64,000 nucleotides of DNA from Pseudomonadota bacterium (lineage in GTDB: Bacteria > Bdellovibrionota_B > Oligoflexia > Oligoflexales > CAIMVM01), in contig JBAXBA010000001.1 in assembly GCA_037142195.1 (NCBI GenBank), forward strand, positions 64,001 through 128,000, given 5' to 3'. The position numbers and the translations under genes are program-made. Below the pieces are notes generated by a model. That model was not told the DNA's origin. It saw only the letters and a list, made by a program, of their open reading frames with translations, and ran no database searches. Positions 27,443 through 37,617 of the stretch are shown here, in pieces. Numbering within the stretch: position 1 is the first letter of the stretch; the number at the start of each line of letters is the position of its first letter.

Positions 27443-28630
27443 TCATGCCTCCAAACAGCGAACACCGGGAAGGACAATTCCTTCTAAAAATTCAAGAGAC
27501 GCACCCCCACCTGTCGAGACATGGGAAAGTTGGCTGGCAACTCCCGCCATATTGGCAGCAGAAACAGAGTCTCCGCCCCCAACAACCGTTGTTCCCCGGC
27601 ATTCTGTCATAGCATGGGCAATACTCATGGACCCTTCGGCGTAGTTCTTCCACTCGAAAACGCCCATGGGACCATTCCATAGAACCGTCTGGGCCTTTCG
27701 AATAATCTTTGCATAGGCCTCACGCGTCTTTGGCCCAATATCTAAGCCCATATATCCATCTTCAATATCAACGCCCTCGGTAACTTTAAATGGCGCTGTA
27801 GCTGAAAACTCTTTTGAAATCACATGATCCTGGGGCAAGTGAATCCGCACACGGCGTGCTTCTGCATTGCGGTAAATAGTTTCAACTAACATCATTTTAT
27901 CGTCTTCAGTACGAGAGATTCCTACTTGAGAGCCTTTGAATTTTAAAAAGCTATAGGCCATAGCCCCACCCATCAGCAAGTCTGTGCACTGCTCAATCAA
28001 TGCCAAAATCACGCCCATCTTATCGCTTACTTTAGAGCCGCCCATAACTACGGCATAGGGAGCCTTTGCTCCTTCCCTAACACTCGAGAGTGCCTTTAAT
28101 TCTTTAGCCATTAAGAGCCCGGCAGCACATTTACTCTTTCCTAAACGCTCGGGAAGACCTACGGTCGATGCATGAGCGCGGTGTGCTGTTCCAAAGGCAT
28201 CATTCACATAAAGGTCGATTCCTTTGGCCAATGACTCCACAAACTCACTAGAATTGGCTTCTTCGCCTTTATGAAATCTAAGATTTTCAAGCAAGATAAT
28301 CTCGCCTTTGCCTAGACGCTTTAAAAATTGGTCTACAGGTTCCTTCTCATAATCTGAAACCAATATAACTTCACACTGGAGAAGCTCCGCTAACTTAGCC
28401 CCCACGGGCTCAAGAGAGTATTTCTTATCTACAGTACCCTTAGGCCGCCCTAAATGGCTGGCTATGACGAGTTTGGCTCCGTCATCTAAAAGCTTTTGGA
28501 TGGTAGGTAGACTGGCTGTAATTCTGGTGTCATCCAAAATGGTTCCATTCTCAATGGGAACATTCAGGTCTAGGCGTAAAAACACGGCCTTACCTTTTAC
28601 ATCAAGCATGTCAAGGGTTCTAAGAGTCAT
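27443..28630 (-). CDS. pgk: Phosphoglycerate kinase
   Basis: RLDLNVP, SHLGRP, LLENLRF, NDAFGTAHRAH, WNGPMGVFE, GGGDS, STGGGASLE. Confidence 0.98.
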   Translation of the reverse strand: MTLRTLDMLDVKGKAVFLRLDLNVPIENGTILDDTRITASLPTIQKLLDDGAKLVIASHLGRPKGTVDKKYSLEPVGAKLAELLQCEVILVSDYEKEPVDQFLKRLGKGEIILLENLRFHKGEEANSSEFVESLAKGIDLYVNDAFGTAHRAHASTVGLPERLGKSKCAAGLLMAKELKALSSVREGAKAPYAVVMGGSKVSDKMGVILALIEQCTDLLMGGAMAYSFLKFKGSQVGISRTEDDKMMLVETIYRNAEARRVRIHLPQDHVISKEFSATAPFKVTEGVDIEDGYMGLDIGPKTREAYAKIIRKAQTVLWNGPMGVFEWKNYAEGSMSIAHAMTECRGTTVVGGGDSVSAANMAGVASQLSHVSTGGGASLEFLEGIVLPGVRCLEA

Positions 28631-28807
28631 GGAAGTCTCACTTTTATGGCCAAAGCCGTGATTGGCGAAACTTAGTTCATACCACTCTTGGGCCTATCTG
28701 ACAATGTACTTAAAATGCGAGTGATATTACTTTTTAGTGGGAAATGAATTATTCTAAGGACTTGATCTAGCCAGAGCTCCCGTGAGCCAAAATTAAGAAA
28801 GACTCCT

Positions 28808-29755
28808 ATGCCTCAGAAACATCTGTTTATTATGGATCCATTTGAAAAGTTGAATCTTACTTTAGATTCTAGCCTCAGAATGGCCTATGGTCTTGCAGAG
28901 CTTGGACATCAGATCTATTTTGGTGAGTCACAAGATTTAGTCTGGTCCAACCAGTGGGCAGTGGCACGCTTAAAAGCTAGCGAAATGATTTTTAGCGGCG
29001 GCCCTGATTCTGTGCAGTTAGGTGCTTCGGAGTCTTGGTCTCTGGATAGATTTAACGGTATTCATATGCGCAAAGACCCGCCCTTTGATATGAATTATAT
29101 TACCTGCACTTGGTTCCTAGATTCGGCTCCTAAATCCACCAAAATTTTAAATAGTCCGGAAATTCTAAGAAATTTTAATGAAAAGCTTGGAACGTTTATG
29201 TTTTCCAAGTGGATGCTCCCCACTTGCACCAGCGCAAATCCACGTGAGCTTTTGGAGTTCATTCGAGAACTCCAATGCCCTTTTGTGATTATAAAGCCCC
29301 TGGACTTATTTGGAGGTCGCGGAGTCGAGAAAATGGATCGAAGCAATTTGGCTGCCATTCACTCCAAGCTCAATTCTATAACCCATAATGGAGAAATCGC
29401 GTACATGGTGCAACCATTTGACCCTGCCGTCCAAGATGGAGAAATTCGAGCTTTTACTGCCGGAGGAGAAACCCTAGCATGGTGTAAGAAGGTTCCCGCT
29501 GCTGGAAACTTTCTAGCCAACACCAGGGCAGGCGCTAAACTCATGCCCCATGAACCCACAAAAAACCAAGTGCTTGCAGTCCAAGCTATTGCCGCCAAGA
29601 TGCTGTCTCTGGGTGCTTTTCTAACTGGTATTGATTTGATTGGCGATCAGGTTTCAGAGATTAATATTACATCACCTAGAATGCTGACAGGTGTACCTGG
29701 GGATTTGGCTCCTTATGGGAAAGTTGCTTCCTTGATCGAACACTATTGCAAATAA
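28808..29755 (+). CDS. gshB: Glutathione synthetase
   Basis: FIMDP, DSS, MRKDPPFD..Y, NEK, IIKPL..FGG.GV, EINITSP. Confidence 0.9.
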   Translation: MPQKHLFIMDPFEKLNLTLDSSLRMAYGLAELGHQIYFGESQDLVWSNQWAVARLKASEMIFSGGPDSVQLGASESWSLDRFNGIHMRKDPPFDMNYITCTWFLDSAPKSTKILNSPEILRNFNEKLGTFMFSKWMLPTCTSANPRELLEFIRELQCPFVIIKPLDLFGGRGVEKMDRSNLAAIHSKLNSITHNGEIAYMVQPFDPAVQDGEIRAFTAGGETLAWCKKVPAAGNFLANTRAGAKLMPHEPTKNQVLAVQAIAAKMLSLGAFLTGIDLIGDQVSEINITSPRMLTGVPGDLAPYGKVASLIEHYCK

Positions 29756-29808
29756 TGCCCCTGAGTATTACCATAAATTTTCTAATTTTTTGATCAGGAG
29801 ACTCCTCA

Positions 29809-30324
29809 ATGCTTGTTAGCAAAATCAATAACTCAGTTTTAGCTATTTTCTCCGCTGCAATGCTTACTGCATGCGACGGCGGTTGTTCTAAGAAAAGTGA
29901 AACTGCAGCTACTTCTGCAGAAACCAGCACCACAGAAGCTTCTGCGCCAGCAAAAACTGACGCTGCTGCCACTCCAGGAACAGAAGCAGCCGCTTCCGAT
30001 GGCCAGCTCCAAATCGAAGACACCAAAGAAGGCACAGGCGCAGCCGTTGAAAATGGAAAAACCGTAAAAGTACACTATGTAGGCACACTGACCGATGGGA
30101 CTAAATTTGACTCTAGCCGCGACCGGGATCAGCCGTTTGAGTTTACAGTAGGCCAAAACCAAGTGATTCAAGGCTGGGAAAAGGGCGTTATCGGCATGAA
30201 AGTTGGGGGTCAAAGAAAACTAACTATTCCTGGATCTCTAGCATATGGCGAAAGAGGTGTGCCTGGAGTAATTCCAGCAAATGCCACTCTCGTTTTTGAA
30301 ATCGAACTTATCGAAGTAAAGTAA
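29809..30324 (+). CDS. FKBP-type peptidyl-prolyl isomerase, lipoprotein
   Basis: Lipobox LTAC and an Ala/Thr linker. [45 protein letters not shown]. Confidence 0.95.
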   Translation: MLVSKINNSVLAIFSAAMLTACDGGCSKKSETAATSAETSTTEASAPAKTDAAATPGTEAAASDGQLQIEDTKEGTGAAVENGKTVKVHYVGTLTDGTKFDSSRDRDQPFEFTVGQNQVIQGWEKGVIGMKVGGQRKLTIPGSLAYGERGVPGVIPANATLVFEIELIEVK

Positions 30325-30377
30325 ATTAAAAAATGTAATTCATTATCTTTGGGTCATCACAAATGATTCCATGGAAC

Positions 30378-30406
30378 AAAGAAGGCTTGAAAGCCTTCTT
30401 TTTTTT
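30378..30406 (+). terminator. Rho-independent terminator
   Basis: AAAGAAGGCT-TGAA-AGCCTTCTTT followed by a U-tract. Confidence 0.88.
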
Positions 30407-30661
30407 GCTCCATTTTTAGCTAGTTAAGTGCCGGAAATTCTAATCAATGCCTCGTTGCATAAAACCACCTAAAGATATGGAATCTGGGAGACCTTCCATG
30501 GATAACCTCTCGCTCCAAGAAACACCAAGAGCCCTCGCGAGCATGATTTTACAGGGAAACAAATACCCTTATTTTTCACAATGTTTACAGCTACTTAAAT
30601 TTTAAAGTTCAGTCTTAAACCAAAGTGACGATAGGGGTTTCAATATCTCAGGGGGCGGTTT

Positions 30662-31483
30662 ATGCGGAGTCCACTATTTTCTTATATTTGTTTCTCAGCG
30701 GCCACGCTATTTACGTTTTCAAACTTCGTAGCTTGTGGTGCGAAAATGTATCAAGTTTCCCTTGATGACGCGCAGGAGCGGACAGTTATCAAGAGAAAGG
30801 AAGAAAATGGAACATCGCTAAGAAGTTCCTTAGTCGGCGTTCATGCTTCCAAGGGTTGGGTCAAACTTCCCATAGAGTATAGGTTTTCCAAAGAGCTTTC
30901 TAAGCAACAACGTGAAGGCCTAGAAAATGCCATGAAAACATGGGAAGCCGCGGTTGGCAGGCCCTTGTTTTCTTTGGTTGGAGATGATCAAAAGACGGGC
31001 GATAGCTTTAGTGACTTGTATAGCTCGCTTAACGATACCACAAATGGGCATTACATTGATGACAACTGGGCCAAAACAGGAAAATCAACCCAAGTTTTGG
31101 CTACTACCATTTGGAACAACCTACCTGGAGATGACGAGACCATTCGATCTGCGGATATCAGATTTAATGGCAACTACTATGTTATTGGAGATAGCTTTAT
31201 TGCTAAATCCACTCCAGAAAAAGAAGTTGTCGACATGCAGAGTTTAGCGCTTCACGAACTAGGTCACCTCATTGGCCTTACCCATATGAGTGTCGACGAT
31301 GATTCGATGTCCATTATGAACCCGACTTTGTTTATCGGCGAAGGTCTCACCAATCGTCGACTCTCAGAAGGCGACATTAGAAGGATACAATCGGTCTATG
31401 GGTGCCAGGGGCAGTCCTGCGACTTAGAAAAGACCTTAGCACTGGTAAATACACCTGCGACATCAGACGCTGCGTCACACTAG
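30662..31483 (+). CDS. Matrixin (M10A-like) zinc metalloprotease, probable lipoprotein
   Basis: HELGHLIGLTH metzincin motif, Met-turn SIMNP, LSEGDIRRIQSVYG, lipobox FVAC. Confidence 0.9.
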   Translation: MRSPLFSYICFSAATLFTFSNFVACGAKMYQVSLDDAQERTVIKRKEENGTSLRSSLVGVHASKGWVKLPIEYRFSKELSKQQREGLENAMKTWEAAVGRPLFSLVGDDQKTGDSFSDLYSSLNDTTNGHYIDDNWAKTGKSTQVLATTIWNNLPGDDETIRSADIRFNGNYYVIGDSFIAKSTPEKEVVDMQSLALHELGHLIGLTHMSVDDDSMSIMNPTLFIGEGLTNRRLSEGDIRRIQSVYGCQGQSCDLEKTLALVNTPATSDAASH

Positions 31484-31515
31484 ATCCTAAGGTACATTCC
31501 CGTATTCCTTAGGAT
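31484..31515. terminator. Inverted repeat between convergent genes
   Basis: ATCCTAAGG ... CCTTAGGAT, 9-bp perfect arms. Confidence 0.5.
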
Positions 31516-31534
31516 GGGCCCAAAGCAAAAACCT

Positions 31535-34195
31535 TCAATTGGAAATCGCCTCCAAGTTCTTTCTAAAGCTTTCCAATTGATCTTCCATTTGGGACATTTG
31601 TCCTTTCGTAAGTTCAATAACTTCAGGAGGCGCTCGTTCGACAAAACTGGGATTGGCAAGTTTCGCCTTCATTCCATCAACTACCTTGGAAACCCTTTTA
31701 AATTCATTTTCTAGTCGTAGTCTTTCCCGATCAAAATCTAAATAGTCCCCAACGGGGACAAAGGCTTCAAAACCTCTACCAACGGCCACCAGGCATCTTG
31801 CCGGCCTTTTTGTGTCTGATCCTGCTTCAAGCTGCAAAGTTGATGTCAGCTTTAGAATCCAAGGATTGGCTTCATTAAAAATAAGGCGCGTAGCGTCGTT
31901 ACATTTTACGAAAACATCTAATTTATCTTTTAAAGGAACACCCGCCTGCTGTCTGGCGGAACGAATACCCACAACCAACTCCTGGACGAGCTCCCATTTG
32001 TGGAATTCTTCTTCAAAGCCTGGAATCTCTTCACCCTCAGGAAAAGCCGCCACCGAGAGGCTCTTGGAAGGCTTAAAATCTGGATGTCTAGGAATCTTGG
32101 ACCATATCTCTTCAGTAACAAAAGGCATCATAGGGGCGGCCAGGCGTAAAGCTCCTTCAAAAACATAAAACAATGCGCTGGCGCAAGCTTCGCGAGCTTC
32201 CTCGTGATGGGAATCCAGAGTTAATTTAGCGGATTCCAGTCCCCAGTCACAAAAGCTCCGCCATATCAATTGATAGACTTTATCCACTGCTTCATTAATT
32301 TGATAGGCTTCCAGGTGGCGATTTACGGCAGCTGCAGTGTGCTTAAATTCAGTAATCAACCATTTACTAGGAAGTTCTAAGGAAACCTCATTCAAGGGCT
32401 TCAAAGCAATGCCGTTGGTTTTGGTCATTAAAAAACGAGCGGCATTCCATATTTTATTGATAAAATTTCGCCCTACTTCAAAATCTGAGGGCGACATACG
32501 AACTCTTCCGCCGATGGAAGAAAGGCTGACACAGGTATATCTTACGGCGTCCGCTCCATACTGATCCATGACCACTAAGGGATCGATACCATTTCCAAGG
32601 GTTTTTGAGAACTTTCTTCCATCTTTATCACAAATGATAGAGTTGAAATAAACATCATGAAACGGCAAGTTTCCAAGGGTTTCAAAGCCAACCATGACCA
32701 TCCTCGCCACCCATAAGAAGATGATGTCTGGGCCGGTAATCAACACATTAGTTGGATAAAAGTAAGCTAGGTCTTCCGTCTTTTGGGGCCAGCCAAAAGT
32801 ACTTTGAGCAAAAAGCCATGAAGAAAACCAAGTATCTAATACATCTTCATCTTGTCTTAACTTAGAGCTGCCACACTGGCCGCAAGTTTTGGGATCGTCC
32901 ATTCCGGTAGTCACATGTCCGGATTCTTCACAATACCAAATGGGTATGCGGTGTCCCCACCAAAGTTGTCTTGAAATGCACCAATCTTGAATATTCTCAA
33001 GCCAGTGGAAGTAAGTCTTCTTCCAGGAGTCAGGATAGAATTTGAGACGACCGTCACGGGCCGCATCTAGAGCAGGCCCTGCAAGGCTGCTCATCTTCAC
33101 ATACCATTGTTTAGAAAGTCGAGGCTCTATCGCGACCTTGCCGCGATCACTATAGGGAACTGAATTTTTTATGGACTCCTCTTTTTCAAAGAGTCCAAGA
33201 GCTTTAAGTTCTTTGATAATCTTTTTTCTCGCATCATATCGGTCTAGTCCCTTAAAGCCTTCAGGACAAAGATCACTAAGTGTTGCGTCCTCATTAAGGA
33301 TGTTGATCATTGGGAGCTGATGTCTCTTTCCCAACTCAAAATCATTGGGATCATGGGCTGGAGTAATTTTAACAACACCGGTACCAAATTCCATTTTGAC
33401 ATAAGTATCCGCCACCACCGGAATGCTACGCTGCACAAAAGGAACGACGACGTTTTTTCCGATGAGATGTTGATACCGTTCATCATCAGGGTGCACCGCC
33501 ACCGCAACATCACCCAGCATCGTTTCAGGTCTTGTAGTAGCTACGGTAACATAGGAATCGACTTCACCTTCTACCGGATAACGAAAGTGATAGATTTGAC
33601 TTTGCATTTCAATCATTTCAATTTCATCATCTGAAATGGCTGTCTTTAATTTAGGGTCCCAGTTAACCAGTCTTTCACCGCGATAAATCAGTCCCTTTTC
33701 GAAAAGATGTACAAAAATCTTTCGCACCGCTAAAGACAACTCTGGGCTCATGGTATAAGCCTCTCTCGTCCAATCACAAGAGGCGCCTAGTCTCTTTTGC
33801 TGAGTCGTAATGATACTGCCGTTTTTTTCTTTCCACTCGAGGCACTTTTGAAAGAAGGCTTCTCGTCCTAGGTCTTTCCTTTTAATTCCAGATGACTCTA
33901 AGGATTTTTCCACCATCATTTGAGTGGCAATGCCCGCGTGATCAGTGCCTGGCACCCAGCAAGCATTATAGCCAAGCATTCTTTTCCATCGCACGAGAAT
34001 ATCTTGTAAAGTTACATTTAAGCCGTGCCCCATGTGGAGACGATCCGTCACATTGGGCGGAGGAATCACGACACTGTAGGGCTTTTTTGTTCGGTCTGGC
34101 TTCGCCTCAAAAAGGTGATTATCCATCCAATAATTCCACCATTTGGACTCATATTTTTTGTGATCATATACTGCGTCTAAATTTTCCACTGTCAT
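31535..34195 (-). CDS. valS: Valine--tRNA ligase
   Basis: PPPNVT..LHMGH, GTDHAGIATQ, ATTRPETM, DWCISRQLWWGH, KFSKT (KMSKS variant), C-terminal coiled coil. Confidence 0.98.
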   Translation of the reverse strand: MTVENLDAVYDHKKYESKWWNYWMDNHLFEAKPDRTKKPYSVVIPPPNVTDRLHMGHGLNVTLQDILVRWKRMLGYNACWVPGTDHAGIATQMMVEKSLESSGIKRKDLGREAFFQKCLEWKEKNGSIITTQQKRLGASCDWTREAYTMSPELSLAVRKIFVHLFEKGLIYRGERLVNWDPKLKTAISDDEIEMIEMQSQIYHFRYPVEGEVDSYVTVATTRPETMLGDVAVAVHPDDERYQHLIGKNVVVPFVQRSIPVVADTYVKMEFGTGVVKITPAHDPNDFELGKRHQLPMINILNEDATLSDLCPEGFKGLDRYDARKKIIKELKALGLFEKEESIKNSVPYSDRGKVAIEPRLSKQWYVKMSSLAGPALDAARDGRLKFYPDSWKKTYFHWLENIQDWCISRQLWWGHRIPIWYCEESGHVTTGMDDPKTCGQCGSSKLRQDEDVLDTWFSSWLFAQSTFGWPQKTEDLAYFYPTNVLITGPDIIFLWVARMVMVGFETLGNLPFHDVYFNSIICDKDGRKFSKTLGNGIDPLVVMDQYGADAVRYTCVSLSSIGGRVRMSPSDFEVGRNFINKIWNAARFLMTKTNGIALKPLNEVSLELPSKWLITEFKHTAAAVNRHLEAYQINEAVDKVYQLIWRSFCDWGLESAKLTLDSHHEEAREACASALFYVFEGALRLAAPMMPFVTEEIWSKIPRHPDFKPSKSLSVAAFPEGEEIPGFEEEFHKWELVQELVVGIRSARQQAGVPLKDKLDVFVKCNDATRLIFNEANPWILKLTSTLQLEAGSDTKRPARCLVAVGRGFEAFVPVGDYLDFDRERLRLENEFKRVSKVVDGMKAKLANPSFVERAPPEVIELTKGQMSQMEDQLESFRKNLEAISN

Positions 34196-34201
34196 CCTCG
34201 T

Positions 34202-35419
34202 TTATGCTAATGAAATGATTTTATCTAGGGCCTCGTAAAGTTCAACTTTCGGGATGTTTAGGGCGGGAGTTAGGGCAAGTGAGCGACCTTGGCTTCCACA
34301 AGGAATCGCAATCACACCTACCTTCCTCAATTGATTCATAAGCTTCACACCATAAAACTCTTCTGTCCCCTCTATGGCAAGCATGAGGCCTCTACCTCTG
34401 ATTTGCTTTACCGAGGACTTTTGCCCTAAGTGAACTTTCAAGTAGTCTTTAATCTCGCTTCCCAGGTTGGCTGATCTAGTTACCAAATTTTCTTGGATCA
34501 CTGTTTTAAGCGTAGCTTCGCCTATTGCAGTGGACAGTCCATGTCCAAAAAAAGTACCGGTGTGTCTCGCTTCGCCATTGCTTTCTGGCCAAGCAGACAT
34601 AATCTCCCGAGATGATACGCAAGCAGATAGCGGCATACCACCTCCGATAGCCTTTCCCACACAAAGGATATCACACTCGTCTTTTGCGGCTAAAACTGTC
34701 TCGCCTGCTCGACCGACGCCGGTAAAAACTTCATCAAAAATGAGTAAAGTGCCACTTTGTTTGGTTTCGGAATAGAGCTCACGGAGCCAATTTGCATTTC
34801 CCTCACGCATACCCCCTCGCCCTTGAATCGGCTCACATACGACGGCTGCTACTTTTTTTGATTTGAGACATTGGGACAGTTCTGAGGTCATCACTCCGTA
34901 AGGAAAAACTTTAACTTTTGATGCATTGAGCCAACTCTCAAACGGTTTTCTAAAAAATTCCCCCCTTGTTAAGGATAGAGATCCTAAGTCCAGGCCGTGA
35001 TAGCCGGAATCAAAAACCACGAATTCGTCTCTCGAGGTGGAGTACATGGCTGTCTTCATAGCGAATTCTATCGCCTGAGCCCCAGATAAGGAAAGGGCTG
35101 CGGTTGTAAACTTTGAAGGGAGAAAGGCGACGAGAGCTTCCATAAAATCTACTTTAGATTTTGAAGGATACAAATCCCCTAAAGCTTGAGTCACCAGATT
35201 CTGATCCAAAACATTTTGCAGCGTTTTTTTGAAAGCCGGATGATTATGACCAAGGGGAAGAGTACCAAATCCGGCACATAAGTCTATGTAAGAATCACCT
35301 TCTACACTGTAGACTTTCGATCCTAAGGCGGTGCCGTATACTAACGCCGGTTCAAACCACGGCGTAGAATCTCGACACTCCATAGCTTTCAATTTTTCTA
35401 AATATTGACTTGAATCCAT
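34202..35419 (-). CDS. Class III PLP-dependent aminotransferase
   Basis: YIDLCAGFG...LGH, SGAQAIEFAMK, GYHG, EPIQGRGG, LIFDEVFTGVGR, GKAIGGG (PLP Lys), HTGTF.G. Confidence 0.92.
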   Translation of the reverse strand: MDSSQYLEKLKAMECRDSTPWFEPALVYGTALGSKVYSVEGDSYIDLCAGFGTLPLGHNHPAFKKTLQNVLDQNLVTQALGDLYPSKSKVDFMEALVAFLPSKFTTAALSLSGAQAIEFAMKTAMYSTSRDEFVVFDSGYHGLDLGSLSLTRGEFFRKPFESWLNASKVKVFPYGVMTSELSQCLKSKKVAAVVCEPIQGRGGMREGNANWLRELYSETKQSGTLLIFDEVFTGVGRAGETVLAAKDECDILCVGKAIGGGMPLSACVSSREIMSAWPESNGEARHTGTFFGHGLSTAIGEATLKTVIQENLVTRSANLGSEIKDYLKVHLGQKSSVKQIRGRGLMLAIEGTEEFYGVKLMNQLRKVGVIAIPCGSQGRSLALTPALNIPKVELYEALDKIISLA

Positions 35420-36069
35420 CAGACGCCCTTAACTCGTGGACCCCAAATATACTTATGTATTTGGAGATTTAATCGAAACGTCACGGGCGCACTTAAAATC
35501 CAAGTTACGAGATCTTTTGGGTCTACATGTCCGAATGCCGGAGATGCCAACAAGTTGACTTTATTCTCAAGCTTATGCTCTTGGACAAACTTGCAGCTCC
35601 AATCAAAATCTTCTTGGGAAGCTACGACAAATTTAAGATCATCTGTGGGCTTTAAATGTTGCAGATTGCCAAGTTTGTTTTTAGATGACATCCCGCTTCC
35701 CGGACACTTCACATCCATCACAATGTGAGTTTCTTTAGGCAGAAACTCTATGGGCTCAGAACCACTCGTTTCAATCATGACTTTAAAGCCTTGAGCCACA
35801 AACATCTCTGCCAATTGGTTGGTTTGGGTTTGGGCTAAGGGCTCACCGCCGGTTAGCTCCACCGTCCGAGGGGCCAGGGCTTGCACCTGCGCCACAATTT
35901 CCGCTAGAGTGAGAAATGCGCCCCCCTCAAAGGAATACACTGTATCGCACCACTTGCAACGGAGGGGGCATCCTGCAAGCCTAACAAATGTACAAGGAAT
36001 TCCGGTTAAAGATGACTCTCCTTGAATACTCTGATAAATCTCTATAACTTTTAAAGTGTCTTTGTTCAA
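35419..36069 (-). CDS. queE: 7-carboxy-7-deazaguanine synthase (radical SAM)
   Basis: EIYQSIQGE, FVRLAGCPLRCKWCDT, LTGGEPL, IETSG, LQIHKYIW. Confidence 0.93.
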   Translation of the reverse strand: MNKDTLKVIEIYQSIQGESSLTGIPCTFVRLAGCPLRCKWCDTVYSFEGGAFLTLAEIVAQVQALAPRTVELTGGEPLAQTQTNQLAEMFVAQGFKVMIETSGSEPIEFLPKETHIVMDVKCPGSGMSSKNKLGNLQHLKPTDDLKFVVASQEDFDWSCKFVQEHKLENKVNLLASPAFGHVDPKDLVTWILSAPVTFRLNLQIHKYIWGPRVKGV

Positions 36070-36096
36070 TTTTAGGGCTCTATATAGGTTTCAATT

Positions 36097-36912
36097 ATGA
36101 ATGCAGCGAATCAAAAATCAGTAGAATGGACCTCACTATCACTTGCACAAAATGCCTGGCATTCTGTGTGGGAAGACCGCAAAACAGTTTTTTATATTAG
36201 CTTTTTTGGACTGTTTTTGCCACAGATAGTCATACACCTGGTAGGGGCTGAAGGCGGCCTGCGCATTCTCTCTCAAGCTGCTAACATTACAGGCATTTTA
36301 TCTGGCGATCGGACCCAGGTGTTGCCGCTCCTTGCCGCCTCCCTCGAGTCCTTATTCTCCCAGTCTCTAGGGGTTGGGCTGCTTCTCTGGCCTATTTTTG
36401 TCTTCTCTTGTCTTTCTCTAGTTCATCTAGCCCTTAAAAAATCGGCCTCCTGGAAAGAGCGTCTGCGGATTTTGCCATCCGCCATGATATTTTCAGCTCT
36501 GTTTGCCACAGCATTATTTTTGACCCAATCACTCTTTCTGATTCAATTTGCAATTAAAGTATTAGCCTCGGTGGCTCCCGTGCTGATGGTTTCTGAGGCA
36601 CTCGGGGCCTTTTCAGCTTTTGGAAAGTCTCTGATTACGAAATACTTGAAAGATGCAACTCAAACTGGAGTCGGACTTTTTTTTAATTTAGCAACACCCC
36701 ACGCTTTAATTTCTATATTTTATGATTTGATGAGCACTACATCAAACTACTGGGCAGAAAACACGGTGCATTTAGGGGGAGTGTGGAGCTCGCCAGGATT
36801 TATTGCTATGTTGATCAGAGTCGCTTTTTTTTCCTTCTATCTTCCCTATTCCTTATACTTAGCAGCAACCGTTTATCAAAAGGCCAGAAAAAGACTGTCG
36901 ATTATCACCTAG
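36097..36912 (+). CDS. Hypothetical polytopic membrane protein
   Basis: 271-aa ORF with about six hydrophobic segments; no recognised motif. Confidence 0.65.
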   Translation: MNAANQKSVEWTSLSLAQNAWHSVWEDRKTVFYISFFGLFLPQIVIHLVGAEGGLRILSQAANITGILSGDRTQVLPLLAASLESLFSQSLGVGLLLWPIFVFSCLSLVHLALKKSASWKERLRILPSAMIFSALFATALFLTQSLFLIQFAIKVLASVAPVLMVSEALGAFSAFGKSLITKYLKDATQTGVGLFFNLATPHALISIFYDLMSTTSNYWAENTVHLGGVWSSPGFIAMLIRVAFFSFYLPYSLYLAATVYQKARKRLSIIT

Positions 36913-37580
36913 AACTGGCCGCGATTTAAGATCCATGTCAAGTGGCTTTGATCGACTTCAGCCAATTCCTCTTTAAGGAACTCTAAAAGAGAATCTTTTA
37001 AGTTTTGTGTTAATACTAGCTCAAGATCTCCAGGAGTAAGTCCTATAACATACTCATTTAGACCAGCAATAAAATCACGGTGGGTTTTGCCCTTACGATA
37101 ATCGGGCTCTCTACTGGGATGTTTTAACAGCCTTTCTATGAGATCAATTCTGGATTCCACTAAAATCGAAGCCTGATAAAGTAGATAGCCCTTCGATCTA
37201 AAAAGACTGGTACCAGCTATTTTCTTGTCTCCTACAGCCAAATCACTGATGCCACGTTCTCTGATGTCAATCGATCCATATTTTTTTTGAATGGCAGTGG
37301 AAATACTTTTATTGATTAAACTAAAATAGACATCATTTTTAAATGGCTGCTGCATCCATGCCCCAAAAGACACAACGACACATCCGGAATGAAGAACGAC
37401 AGTACCACCGCCGCCAGCTCGCTTGAGAACCTCGACCCCTTCTTGGTCACAAAGCTCCAAATGACACTCTTTTTCAGCCTCATTACTTCGGCCTAAGACT
37501 ACTGTACTTGTTTCTGGTACCCAGCATCTTAAAAAAAAACTCTTAGCCGCTTCCTTAAAAATAATGTCATCTATTTTCAT
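36909..37580 (-). CDS. Lipoate-protein ligase family protein (stand-alone catalytic domain)
   Basis: VVLGRS, KRAGGGGTVVLHSG, SDLAV.DKKIAG, HPSREPDYR..H..F. Confidence 0.85.
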   Translation of the reverse strand: MKIDDIIFKEAAKSFFLRCWVPETSTVVLGRSNEAEKECHLELCDQEGVEVLKRAGGGGTVVLHSGCVVVSFGAWMQQPFKNDVYFSLINKSISTAIQKKYGSIDIRERGISDLAVGDKKIAGTSLFRSKGYLLYQASILVESRIDLIERLLKHPSREPDYRKGKTHRDFIAGLNEYVIGLTPGDLELVLTQNLKDSLLEFLKEELAEVDQSHLTWILNRGQF

Positions 37581-37617
37581 GAACGGATCTCCCGGACCTC
37601 ACCGCTAAAGTGATTTT

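Noticed and set aside
32595..32620. ValRS KFSKT instead of KMSKS
   Set aside because: The catalytic second Lys is retained and such variants occur in class I synthetases; the rest of the protein is canonical.
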